NCBI GenBank assembly: GCA_964016885.1
Contig: OZ024748.1
Location: forward strand, 40,982,001-41,046,000
Reading direction: 5' to 3'
DNA from: Eledone cirrhosa
Lineage: Eukaryota
Length of the DNA stretch: 64,000 nt
The notes under the pieces are model-generated. The model did no database searches. It had not been told where the DNA came from and was given only the letters and a program-made list of their open reading frames with translations. Both the position numbers and the translations under genes were made by a program. Positions 1 through 12,400 of this stretch are shown here, in pieces. Every line of letters begins with the position of its first letter. The stretch's first letter is position 1.

Positions 1-975
1 ACTGATCGCTTCCCAGTTTGCATTGTGGAAATCCATAGCGTCAAACGGATGGACAGGAGAGATGACATTGGGTTTGTATATTGGACGGTGGAATCTCAGA
101 TCACAGAGAACCATGTCATGATCAGAGAGTAGAGTTTTCTCCACTGCAATATTGTGGATATTGTCAGTGTGATTGCTGAAAATTAAGTCTAGGACGTTTT
201 TGTGGCACCTCGTTGGTTCGAGCACCAGTTGGGATAGGAAGAAATCATCCATGAAGTCAAGAAGCGATTCCACAGCTTCCCTGTCAGGGGTTGAGGCAGA
301 AGAACCTGGTGGCAGGCTGTTTGTGGACCAGTCAACTCCGGGGAGGTTGAAGTCCCCCATCATTAAGATGTTGTCAGGGTGACACTCTTGGATGAAACAC
401 TTTATGCTGTTGAGGCATTCCTTGAAGCATGGTACAGGCGTTTGGGGTGGCCTATAGAGCCCAACTACTAATAGGTTGTTGGTTTGACTGAATACAGTGA
501 CTGCTTCACAGTATCCATTAGTGAATATGTTCATAGCCTCTGTTGAGAAAGAATTATGGACATAAATGGCAGTTCCGCCCTTTCTTCTGCCAGCGCGATC
601 AGCACGGATGGCTTTGAAATTTTTCACTTTCACCTCGGCTTCCAAGTGGAGGTTACTGAGATGGGTTTCAGTGAGGACGAAGAAAGGGATGTGGTTTGGA
701 TGGACATCAATCCAGTCCTCCAGGAATTTGATCTTCCATTTTTGAGTATTGGTGGAAGGGCTGGTGCCTTGGGCGTTAAGCAAAAATGTAGAGGCGAGAG
801 TGGATGGTTTTAATTGTTTTGGTGTGTTGTTAATTTGTTTGTTTGTTAATGGCAGCAATGGGAGTTTGTGCAGTGGGGTGATAGTGGAGGGTGGTGCTGG
901 GTGATAGCTCGAATGTGTTTTTCCAGTTCTTTTGCCAGATTCATTATGGCTAAAAAAGAGGAAGAAGTTTCCTGT
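1..975 (-). CDS. CR1/Jockey-group LINE ORF2, N-terminal AP-endonuclease domain (runs off window start; absent from the ORF track)
   Basis: Hand translation is open from 975 to 1: FLLNAQG...FVLTETHL...[17 protein letters not shown]...GLYRPP...[12 protein letters not shown]...[16 protein letters not shown]...LSDHDMV, the canonical APE motif series. Confidence 0.9.
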
Positions 976-1604
976 TTAGAAGACTGTTGGTGACTGTGGT
1001 AGTGGTTATTTTTATGTAGGTTATGGTTTTTGTTTTTGCTTTTATTTTTAATTTTATTTTCATTTATCCGACGGGTCCCCGGGAGATGGGTAAAGGGACA
1101 ATCCCGGTCTAAACACAATCTGTCTCGCAGGGAAAAGCGGCAGATTTGTGGATTCCTTGTTTGAGTTATTGGTGGTTGTGTTGGTGTTAAATTAGAGTAT
1201 GTATTATTGTGGTGGCTGTTTGTGGGGATAGATCGTTTTGTCCTAGGTAAATGGGTGAATTTGCAGCCACTATCCGTACATATTCTATAGCGTAGAGAGT
1301 AGCGGCAAATGATGGGGTTTCGAGTGGGTGGGTATGTGGGTGTGTGTGTTGTGAGAGGTGTAGATGATGGTTTGGGTAGGATTTGATGACCTTTGTGGAC
1401 TGTGGAAGGGAGAGTTCTTGTTCTGGTATTAGAAGGTAAATTCCTTGACATAGCAGTAGACAAAAATGTTGTAGGAGAAGTAGTAGGCAGAGATGTTGGC
1501 AGTGGTGATGATTGGACTGCTGGGCCAGAGAAAGGATGTGGCGTTTCATGCTGTGAGACAGAGGCTACTGGGGGGTCAATAGTTTCATTTAGTAGATCGG
1601 CCAT
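846..1604 (-). CDS. LINE ORF1 (252 aa, starts [12 protein letters not shown]) with two C-x8-C-x4-C-x3-H zinc fingers
   Basis: Non-repetitive part of track ORF 846..2798, ATG at 1604. Motifs [19 protein letters not shown] and [19 protein letters not shown]. Lies directly upstream of the APE ORF. Confidence 0.75.
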   Translation of the reverse strand: MADLLNETIDPPVASVSQHETPHPFSGPAVQSSPLPTSLPTTSPTTFLSTAMSRNLPSNTRTRTLPSTVHKGHQILPKPSSTPLTTHTPTYPPTRNPIICRYSLRYRICTDSGCKFTHLPRTKRSIPTNSHHNNTYSNLTPTQPPITQTRNPQICRFSLRDRLCLDRDCPFTHLPGTRRINENKIKNKSKNKNHNLHKNNHYHSHQQSSKQETSSSFLAIMNLAKELEKHIRAITQHHPPLSPHCTNSHCCH

Positions 1605-1643
1605 TGTTGATGAATCAAGGAGTGGTTCACACTGTTGTTGTTG

Positions 1644-2784
<1,141 letters not shown>

Positions 2785-2789
2785 TTACA

Positions 2790-3246
2790 CCTCTCCAAGA
2801 CAATGTCACTGGACCGAGACCTTTAGCGGTACTCAGTAACAGAGAAGACCCGCCTTACCTAAATACAAAGTAAAACCTACTACAGTCAGTAGGCATCTCT
2901 AACAAAATTCACCCCCGTCCCACCCCATCCACACCTCCCCCTTCAATGCAAAGTTATGTTGGTGCCACAACATCTGGGCCGAAACAAACGAGATCGTGTA
3001 GGTGTCACGACAAAAAAACACACAGTCCACGCTGTAATGTGGCCGTGCAGGCAACACGGTAAAAACCTCCCAGTCCCACACTGTAAATGTGGTTGGTGTT
3101 AGGAAGGGCATCCAACTGTAGAAAACCCGCCAGACAGTCCTATGCGAGCAAGACAACCACTCTTGCCTCAAGTGGGAAAACCCCCGTCCAAACCCATGCA
3201 AGCGTGGAACAGGGACGTTAAACGATGATGATGATGATGATGATGA
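2790..3246 (+). mobile_element. SINE/RTE-tail type retroposon with (GAT)n tail
   Basis: Shares ggtgttaggaagggcatcca.ctgtagaaa with the SINE copies at 7.0, 17.5, 18.3 and 32.6 kb; ends ggacgttaaacgatgatgatg. Confidence 0.65.
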
Positions 3247-3458
3247 TATGTATATATATATACATATATAGCATAGTGATATATATATCACTATGCTGTG
3301 TGTGTGTGTATATATATATGTATATACATACACACATACACACTTATAAAGTACAAGCTTCTTGTCCATATTATTTTTACTAAATATGTTGACAGCTATT
3401 GTTCATTCTATCTATTAACTTTTTATTTTGATTATTTTGACATTTTAGTTATATACAG

Positions 3459-3493
<35 letters not shown>

Positions 3494-3684
3494 ACACACT
3501 CACACCTATATCTCTATATATATTATATACACACAAAGATGATGTTCATGAAGCCTTCACCCGTTCCCTATATATATGAAAAGAGTCAGGACCCCGACGA
3601 CTGAGCTCCAGCTGTTTTGACTACCTTAAGTATTGAGTACTCTGGTGCATTATGGGCCACGTGGTATCTTACCTCACATTTGTT

Positions 3685-3730
<46 letters not shown>

Positions 3731-3733
<3 letters not shown>

Positions 3734-6689
3734 TCATCATCATTATTTTTACGTCCACTCCTTGCTTGCAAGGGTGGGACGGGTCTTATTCAGCACAGCA
3801 TATCTCCACTTGCCACGGTCCTTCGTCATCTCCACCGTGAGCTTCAGCGATCTGAGGTCTGTTCTCACCACCTCCGCCCATGTTTTTCGTGGTCTACCTC
3901 TACCACGTCTTCCTTCAACTGGCATTTCCTGGCACTTATTCACCCATTGGTCATCCTCCATGCGCATCACATGTCCATACCACCTCAGTCTCCTCTCTCG
4001 CACACTACATTCTATCCCTTTCAGACACAGTTTCTCTCTCAACATATTTATGCTGGGTCGTTCACGCACATTGATACTGCACATCCAATGGAGCATGCTT
4101 GCATCATTTCTCTCCAGCCGTCGCATATCCTTTGCAGTTGCTGCCCACGTCTCACTACCATGCAGCATCGTGCTCCTCACACAGGCATCATATAACCGCC
4201 CTTTCGTACGCAGGGAGAAACCCTTCTTCGTCAGCAGAGGAAGCAGCTCCCTAAACTTCTTCCAACCCGTCCTTAATCTAGATACTATGGCCTCGGAACA
4301 CCCCACTCCCATGCTAATCTGATCTCCTAGGTACCTGAAGTTATCCACCACTTCTATAGCACCCCCCTGCATTTGAAAAATGTGTCTATCAATGCAACTT
4401 CTACTGTGTAATGTCCCTGTACATCTACTGCATACAAATTTCTCCCTACCTGTTAGTTTGCCTGCTATCCCACTACATCATTGTGTACTCAGGATCTGCA
4501 TTGTGTGCATTTTATTGAATTTATGCCAGTTCCTTTTCTGCATATCAAACATGGCCATTTCCCTGACGGAATCAGAGTTTTGTCCTCTTTTCTACTCATC
4601 AACACTTTTGTCTTAGCTAGGTTCATTCTCAGTCCTCTTGCTTTCAACTGCTATTTCCATTGCCAGAATTTATTCTCTAGCTCCTCTACTGATTCTGCTA
4701 TAAGAACCAGATCGTCAGCATAGAGAAGTTCCCATGGACAGCCAGTCTTAAACTCCTGTTATGGCTTGGGGGACTATAATGAACAAGAGCGGGCTGAAGA
4801 TCGAACCTTGATGTACTCCTAATTGTATCTGAAATTCCCCACTAAACTCCATTCCTACCCTGACTTTACTGACAGCACCTCTGTACAAAGTTTGCACTGT
4901 TCTCACAAGCCATTCCTCAACACCTAGTTTCTTTAGGGACCACCAGATGACAGATCAGGGTACCCTATCAAAAGCCTTCTCTAGGTCAACAAAGGCTAAG
5001 TATAGTGGCTTATTCTTCTCTAAGAACATCTCTTGTAATTGTCTCACCAAGAAGAGGGCATCTGTTGTACTTTTCCCAGGCACAAAACCAAACTGCATCT
5101 CATCTAGTTTGACCCTTTCTCTAATTAGTTGTGCTAATATCCTTTCTGCCACTTTCATAACCTGAACCATCAGTTTTATACCCCTATAATTGCTCCTCTC
5201 CAGAGCATCCCCTTTACCTTTGTAGCAATTTATGAGAATACTGCTGCACCAGTCTTTGGGTATGACACCACCATATATAGCCTGATTGATGATGCGTGCA
5301 ACCAATTTAGTGCCTACATCCCCTGATGCCTTCAGCATCTCAGCAACTATCCCCGACGGTCTAGCAGCCTTACCATTTTTCATTTCCTTAATCGCCTCTT
5401 GGACCCTATATTCGTCAATTTCAATAGCTGATCCCTCTGTCGGATCTACTGAGAGTAATTTCTCTCTCTCCCATTCGTTCTCCACATTCATCAGTGTCTC
5501 ATAATGACATTTCCAGATCTCCTTTTTCTGATCATTCGTGACACTAAGTACACCGGCATCATTCCGGACACATTTATCTCCAACAACATCCTGATTTGCA
5601 TTGACACACTGCCTTGCGATGTGGAACACCACACGCCTCTGATCTTCCCATCGCAGAACATTGGCAAACCTCCTACTCTCAGCCTCCCTGCGTGCTAAGT
5701 ACACCTGACGTCTAGCTTCTCTCTTAGCGGCTGTATATCCTTCCCTACTCCCACCCTTTTTCCAAGCCTTCCATGCTAGTCTTTTGTCTCTAAATGTATC
5801 TATGTCATACGTCTCTAAATCGTCTTCTTTTTCGTCATACACATCTTGAAGGGCTTTCCTAAATTTGTATTTTAGTGAAAGGTCTTTTAGCTTCCAGACC
5901 TTTTTTCTCCACACCTTTCTGTATGTCTCATTCCATCTCTTGCTTACTGAGATATCACTAACGACTAACATATGCTGTGGGTACATTCTCCCCAGGGTAT
6001 GCCTTGGTATTTGACACCATCTGCCTGTCCTGCTGCCTAACTAGTAAGAAGTCAATCTGGCTTATGTGCTCACCTGATTTGTAGGTTATTAGGTGGTTGG
6101 CAGGTTTCTAGAAGTTAGTGTTGCAATTGGTCAGTGTATTTGCATCACAAAATTCAAGAAGTCTCACTCCTTCATTTCTTGAGCCGTAATTGTGCCTACC
6201 ATGTACCCCAGTGTAACCATCCTGGAGCTGTCCAACATGACCATTGAAGTTCCCTGCTAGCATAACAATGTCTCCGTCCTCTGTCATTGCAGCTGTTTGT
6301 AAAAGTTGCTCGTAAAAGCAGTCTTTCTCTTCTTTACCTAGGCCTACTTGGGGAGCATAGGCAGAGATGATTGTCAGTAGTCTCCTGCCTACAACTAATC
6401 TAAGCTTAATTATTCGATTATTAACTCGAACTACCTCTATTGTCTTATTGATCCATCTCTATGTCAGGAAAATGCCTATTCCCCCTAACCCATCATTGTT
6501 ACCTACCCAGAAAAGCTTATAACTAAGATGTTTGCCTGCGACTAGTCTCGCAGAGGCACCTCTCCATCTCACCTCTTGCATGCAGCACACATCCACATGC
6601 CTTCTCTCCAGCATCTCCGCTATTTTACCAGATCTACCTTTGAGAATGCCAACATTAAGTGTTGCAACTGTGAGATGCGACGACTTCAT
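3731..6689 (-). mobile_element. Decayed RTE-clade LINE (APE + RT) with frameshifts, stops and an internal deletion; (GAT)n tail
   Basis: APE: TLNVG, CMQEVRWRG, AYAPQ, AGNFNGHVG. RT: NYRGIKL, QFGFVPGKST, AFVDLEKAFDRVP, QGS, LLYADDL. C-terminus: RLRWYGHVMR, GRGRPRKTW. Confidence 0.93.
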
Positions 6690-6805
6690 ATTTTTGTTGT
6701 ATATATATATTTATATTTAGTAATAATAATAAATTTGAAGACTAAAATCCAAAGAGGGCTCGATAAGGATAAATATATATCAAATATATAAGAACCGTAG
6801 AGCAA

Positions 6806-6940
6806 ATATTTATTAAAATAACAGATTAAAGTTTAAGCAAAGAATCGCTGCTTTCACCCTTAACGAGTTTCAGAAGATCCCGTTAAGGGTGAAAGCAGCG
6901 ATTCTTTGCTTAAACTTTAATCTGTTATTTTAATAAATAT
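6806..6940. repeat. Perfect 60-bp inverted repeat with 15-nt spacer
   Basis: 6806-6865 is the exact reverse complement of 6881-6940. Confidence 0.95.
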
Positions 6941-6947
6941 ATATTTA

Positions 6948-7003
<56 letters not shown>

Positions 7004-7019
7004 TATATATATATATATA

Positions 7020-7278
7020 AACAATGTTTCCCTGAGCAAGACACTTTATTTCACATTGCTCCAGTTTACTCAGCTGTAGAAATGAAATGATAGGGACTAG
7101 GGTCCCTATCATTCCACTGCAAAGTGGTCGTGGAGGTGCCACGGCAAAAAAGCACCCAGCACTCACTGTAAATGAGATTGGTGTTAGGAAGGGCATCCAG
7201 CTGTAGAAATCAAGCCAGAATCAGTTCCCGTCCCACTCTTGCAAGCAGGGAAAAACGGACGTAAAATGATGATGATGA
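7020..7278 (+). mobile_element. 5'-truncated SINE (family A) with RTE-derived 3' tail
   Basis: Near-identical to the copies at 17530, 18311 and 32597; (GAT)n tail. Confidence 0.85.
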
Positions 7279-7323
7279 TATATATATACATATATACATA
7301 TATGCACTAACCATTTATACAGT

Positions 7324-7373
<50 letters not shown>

Positions 7374-7607
7374 AATATATTAACAATAGTAGAAAAAGAA
7401 AAAGAAATCGACGTGAGATATGATATTGATAATATCTTATCTCATTTTCTCTAACATATAACACTAATAATTATTTCTACTGTTGGCACAAGGCCAGCAA
7501 TTCCTCCAGTGTATTACTGGTACTTTATTTTATTGACCCTGTAAGTATCTAATACTAATAATGTCATTCCTTTGCTCTCACTAACCGTACTTATCATTCC
7601 ACACTAG

Positions 7608-7787
7608 TTCACCACTATGACTATATAAGTGATCTCTGGCTCGATTCCGCTATCCCAATACCACGATTTGTCTCAGAATATGGTATCCAGTCCTGGTGTT
7701 CTTACTCATCGCTGGCGCCATTGTTGAATGATTCATCTTTACAGTATTGGAGTAACTTTACTATCCACAGACAACATCATTTCGGAG
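7608..7787 (+). CDS. MANBA: Beta-mannosidase (GH2) exon containing the RFVSEYG catalytic-nucleophile motif
   Basis: ag/gt bounded, 180 nt, phase 1/1: HHYDYISDLWLDSAIPIPRFVSEYGIQSWCSYSSL...HRQHHFG, resembling recalled MANBA HFYDY...RFASEYGYQSWPS...HRQHH. Confidence 0.92.
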
Positions 7788-7811
7788 GTAAGTACCAGTT
7801 ATATTTTGGGT

Positions 7812-8580
7812 CTTCTCCTCCTCCTTCTTTGCCCACTTATTCCTGAGAGAGTCGTAGGACTAGAGTCCTCAAACACTCCTTCCACCGGGTCCTGTCAGAA
7901 GCAGCCATCTCCAACTGATCCGGCTGGATCCCGAAGCGAGACCAGACAAGCTCATGGATGTTCTCCAACCATTTTGCTCAAAGTCTGCCTCTGGGTCTCA
8001 ATTCGGAGAAGTAGCAGCTCTACCTGGAGCAACTCTCCAGTGATTCTTTCCTCAGACATTCTAACCACATGTCCATAGTATCAGAGCTGTGATCTCTCAA
8101 TTCAGAGAAGTAGCAGCTCTACCTGGAGCAACTCTCCAGTGATTCTTTCCTCAGACATTCTAACCACATGTCCATAGTATCAGAGCTGTGATCTCTCAAT
8201 TCAGAGAAGTAGCAGCTCTACCTGGAGCAACTCTCCAGTGATTCTTTCCTCAGACATTCTAACCACATGTCCATAGTATCAGAGCTGTGATCTCTCAATT
8301 CAGAGAAGTAGCAGCTCTACCTGGAGCAACTCTCCAGTGATTCTTTCCTCAGACATTCTAACCACATGTCCATAGTATCAGAGCTGTGATCTCTCAATTC
8401 AGAGAAGTAGCAGCTCTACCTGGAGCAACTCTCCAGTGATTCTTTCCTCAGACATTCTAACCACATGTCCATAGTATCAGAGCTGTGATCTCTCAATTCA
8501 GAGAAGTAGCAGCTCTACCTGGAGCAACTCTCCAGTGATTCTTTCCTCAGACATTCTAACCACATGTCCATAGTATCAGA
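7812..8580 (-). mobile_element. RTE 3' fragment carrying ~6 tandem copies of a 99-bp unit (7995-8580)
   Basis: Period of 99 (7999, 8098, 8197, 8296, 8395, 8494). Unit encodes QL*YYGHVVRMSEERI; it continues RPRGR...W...DRTRW to a (GAG/GAA)n tail. Confidence 0.85.
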
Positions 8581-8635
8581 ATAAAACAATAGGGCTTACA
8601 AGGCTAACCCCTGCTTTAGAATAATAGCCTTAAAA

Positions 8636-8826
8636 TTATTGTTGTCATTGTTGTTGGTGTTGTTGTTGTCATTGTTTTCATTGTTGTTGTTGTTGTCATT
8701 GTTTTCATTGTTGATGTTGTCATTGTTATTGTTATCAGTGTTGTTGTTGTTGTCATTGATGTCATTGTTGTTATTGTTGTCATTGATGTCATTGTTGTTG
8801 TTGTTGTCATTGATGTCATTGTTATT
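8636..8826. repeat. (TTG/TCA)n trinucleotide microsatellite
   Basis: Direct inspection. Confidence 0.95.
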
Positions 8827-8866
8827 TATAATTACCATTCCTTCTCTTGCCATCCTTACTCTGCAG

Positions 8867-8970
8867 GACAATTTGAAATGGAAGCAGAAATTATGCAACA
8901 TTTTGACATTCCACATTCTTCAAAGAAATTTAAACATAAAACATTCCAGAACATTATTTATCTCACACAG
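8867..8970 (+). CDS. MANBA: Beta-mannosidase exon
   Basis: ctgcag/gtaata, 104 nt, phase 1/0: (G)QFEMEAEIMQHFDIPHSSKKFKHKTFQNIIYLTQ, in frame with neighbouring exons. Confidence 0.9.
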
Positions 8971-8987
8971 GTAATAATCCTTTCTGA

Positions 8988-9250
8988 ATTCTTTAGCATT
9001 TAAACCGGCCATACCTGGCTAGAATTGTCTCATCTTTTTCTCTTCAAACTGGTCATAACTGGCCGCTCATACGGATGTTAAGGTATTGTTCTCAAAATAA
9101 ATAACATCAAAATCTCATAGATTCGATATTATGTGAGGTAAAGCCTTTACCACAAAATACAATAGTATATATAGAGTAATGTAAATGTTATGTGAGATAT
9201 TATGTGAGGTAAAGCCTCTACTGTGAAAATACAATAGTATATATAGAGTG
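8988..9250 (+). mobile_element. Left part of a TTAA-type MITE with ~2 copies of the 72-bp unit, interrupted by the Tx1 element
   Basis: Homologous to the MITE copies at 19170-19409 and 32204-32391; the array resumes at 14854. Confidence 0.75.
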
Positions 9251-9482
9251 ATTTCTTTATTTGCCACCAGGGCACAAAAGGTAGGGACAGATACAAGGGG
9301 GGAAGTTTACATATAATTAACGAGTACAAAAATATAACAATGAAATAACAACAACAAACGAAGTCCTCAATAGGGAGGGGGCATTAACATGGGTCGCACA
9401 CACCCCGGAAAAAATGTGCAACCCTTCTCCTCAGGAGCACAAAGAGTAGGTGCTTCCCTCGTCTTCTCTTTTTCCTCTTCTT

Positions 9483-12400
9483 TCACCTACAGGCTGATAT
9501 AGAGAGAAGACCCATTCTCCCTACTTTCACCCACCTTTCATAAAACTTGCTGGGGTAGAGCACCTCTCTCTCCATTCTGATCCTTCTTTTAAAATGGTAT
9601 TTGAAAAAGGGGACCAGTTGTTGGCCGGAGAGAAAGTTGTCTGACCTCAGCCCTTTCAGCCTCGTCCACCATACAACTTCTTTAGCCATGGCTATCACAC
9701 AGAGAAAAACCGCCTCTCCTTCGTTTTTGAAAGGGGGAGGCGGTTTGATCGTGACAATGGACTCGGTGGTCAACCGGATTGGTCCCACCCTCACAGTAGT
9801 CGTTCCACATAGCCCCATAGGTCAGCAATGCCTGGGCAGTGTACGAATGCGTGCGCAACGGTTTCGTCGTCATGCATGCATCTCGGACAGATCTTATTCA
9901 AAGGATCCCTACCCAGGCTCCCATGCCTGTGGAGCTTGTCTCGAACGGGTAGAGCCCCTCGGTAGCACTGCCAAGCCAGGGACTTTTGGAAGTTGTCCAT
10001 CGGTCCAGGGCCAAACGTCCTACCGAACAGACTGGCCAGTTCATCTTCCTCCATGCCTAGAGCTTCTCCGAGAGCATCGTCGCACCTGCTGCGTACCAAC
10101 CCTCTATAGAATGTCGAGGTGGAGTCTCCACTGATTGCCGGGTCCGCTTTCCAGAGGGCCGTGAGCGCCTGGGCACATTCAATGTGCCAGTCGCCCACTT
10201 TTCTCGGTCTTTGCTTGACCCAGGATTGCAGCTCGGTGAGCGAGACGAGTCTGGGAAAGGTTCGCCTCACAAACGGGGCCCACACCGGTTGACCGGTGAG
10301 GAATACCTGGAGGTGCCGTAGCCTTAATGCGTGTTTACGCATTTGTAGCCACGGCATCCCCAGCCCTCCTTTCGAAGGGTGTTGACAGCAGATGGATCTC
10401 CTCACCAAAGGGGTCCGCCTGTTCCAAAGAAATTGGAACAGTGCGCACTCCATTTTGGCGAGTCTTTTCACTGGGCAAGGCACGACGGTCAAGCGGTAGT
10501 AGATGACGGATGCTATATAAGTATTCGCCACCTCCGCTCGACCTTTCAGGGATAGTTTGCACTGGGCCCACTTCTGGGTGAGTGCAAACACCCTGGCCGT
10601 TACCTCGTTCCAGTTTTTCTCCACCTGGAGGTCTGGTCCAAACCAGACCCCAAGCAGCTTCACCGGGCCCTCCGTCCAGCGTCTGACGACGTCGTTGGAG
10701 GGCATCGGTTTGCCTCTCCATGTTCCGAGTTGTAAACCGACGGACTTGTCCCGGTTCAGCTTGGCTCCTGTAAACCTTTCATATTCCTCCAGTAAGGTGC
10801 CGATCTCACCGATTTGCGAGGTTTTCGACACCATTACTGTTACGTCATCGGCGTAGGACGACGCCGCTTTCTGCAATCCCGGTTCCAAAGGGATGCCCTG
10901 CAACCGCTCCAACTTCCGCAGTAGTGGCTCAAGAGCCAGCACATACAGAAGGGAGGAGAGAGGGCATCCCTGTCGGATGGATCGCATGATTTGGAACGGC
11001 TCCGAGAGGTGGCCGTTCACCTTGACCCTTGAGCAGACGTTGCTGCTGTGCATCGCAGCAATCCAACCCCTGAAAACGGGTCCGAAGCCTGCCGTCGCGA
11101 GCACCGCATCCAGGTAACGATGGTCAACCCTATCGAAAGCTTTAGATTGATCCAAGTTGATCAGGGCCCCACCAAAGCTGGCTTCATTCCCTACCCTCTC
11201 TATGATGTATCGCATAAGGTGGAGATTGTCGTGAATGGACCTGGACGGGATTGCGCATGTCTGCGCTTCTCCCACCAGGTTTCCGACGACAAGCGCCAAC
11301 CTCTTCGCTAACACCTTGGCCAAAATCTTTAACTCTGTATTTAGCAGAGTTATGGGCCTGAAGTTACTTATGTCATCCCCCTTGTTCTCATCCTTCCTCA
11401 CCAGCGTAACTACGCCCTTGGTCACAGAACTGGGAATTCTCCCGTTCTGCTGCCAGTTGCAGTAGACCGCTTCGAGGATATCGGAGAACAAGTCCGGCAT
11501 CGCTACATATAGCTCGTATGGTAGACCATCGAGACCCGGGGATTTGCGTTTGCCGCATTGGTTCAGCGCCGCCCCTATCTCAGCAGCTGAAATCGTCCTT
11601 TCGCAGGACTTCGCCTCCGCGTCCGAGAGGCGCGGCAGACCGTCGAGGTATGGATTGAAATCCATAGTCTCACCCGGCGCGCCGCCCCTCTCGAACAGTC
11701 GTGCAAAGTGCCGCTGAAAGGTCGCACACATCTGCCCCGGTTCAAGGATCACACGCCCATCCTGGTCCTTCAAAGACCGAATCGTGGACTTGTTCCCACT
11801 TTTTGCCTCTGTCACTCGGGCCCAGCTAACAGCTTTGGCTCCCTCATTACCCAGAGCACGTATTTTACTCCTGACAACGCAGCCTTCATGCTTCACCTCA
11901 AAGAACTGGTCTAAGGCCATTCTTGATGCCAGCACGCCGGCTACATTGCCACTCCTAATCGCCTCTTCTACTCTATCTACTAATTCCCTTTCCGTCTTGT
12001 TCCTATCCCTTGCTAATTCCTGACTAAAACCTATCGATTCTATTCTAATTGCTCTCTTAAGAGAGCTCCACCACCTGTTGTTGACAATTGCCCCTGTCAA
12101 ACTCTGCTTAACAAACGTGCTAATCCGTTTACTGTAAGCTTTGCTTGTCGGTAAGGACAAGTTCAGCTTCCAGTAACCGGGTCCCTGTCTATGGGTTCTA
12201 TCAAGGTTGGCTATGCAGGTCACTAACTTGTGATCCGAATAGTCAACCATGAACATTTTTGGACAGCTAAATGTGTCCCTATCCTTCTCTCTAACTAGGA
12301 CCATATCTAGGTACGACCTAGATGCTCCGCTGCGATTGGTCCACGTCCATAGTGGTACAGTCGGAAAATCTAGTCGATATCTATCGGCCAGGTCAAATCG

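Larger units (their letters stand above)
1..1643 (-). mobile_element. 5' portion of an apparently intact CR1-like LINE
   Basis: ORF1 plus APE without stops; 5' end abuts a (TA)n tract. Confidence 0.85.

Noticed and set aside
8596-8974. Poly-Asn, poly-Thr and poly-Leu ORFs
   Set aside because: Translations of a trinucleotide microsatellite; the real exon (8867-8970) is in another frame.
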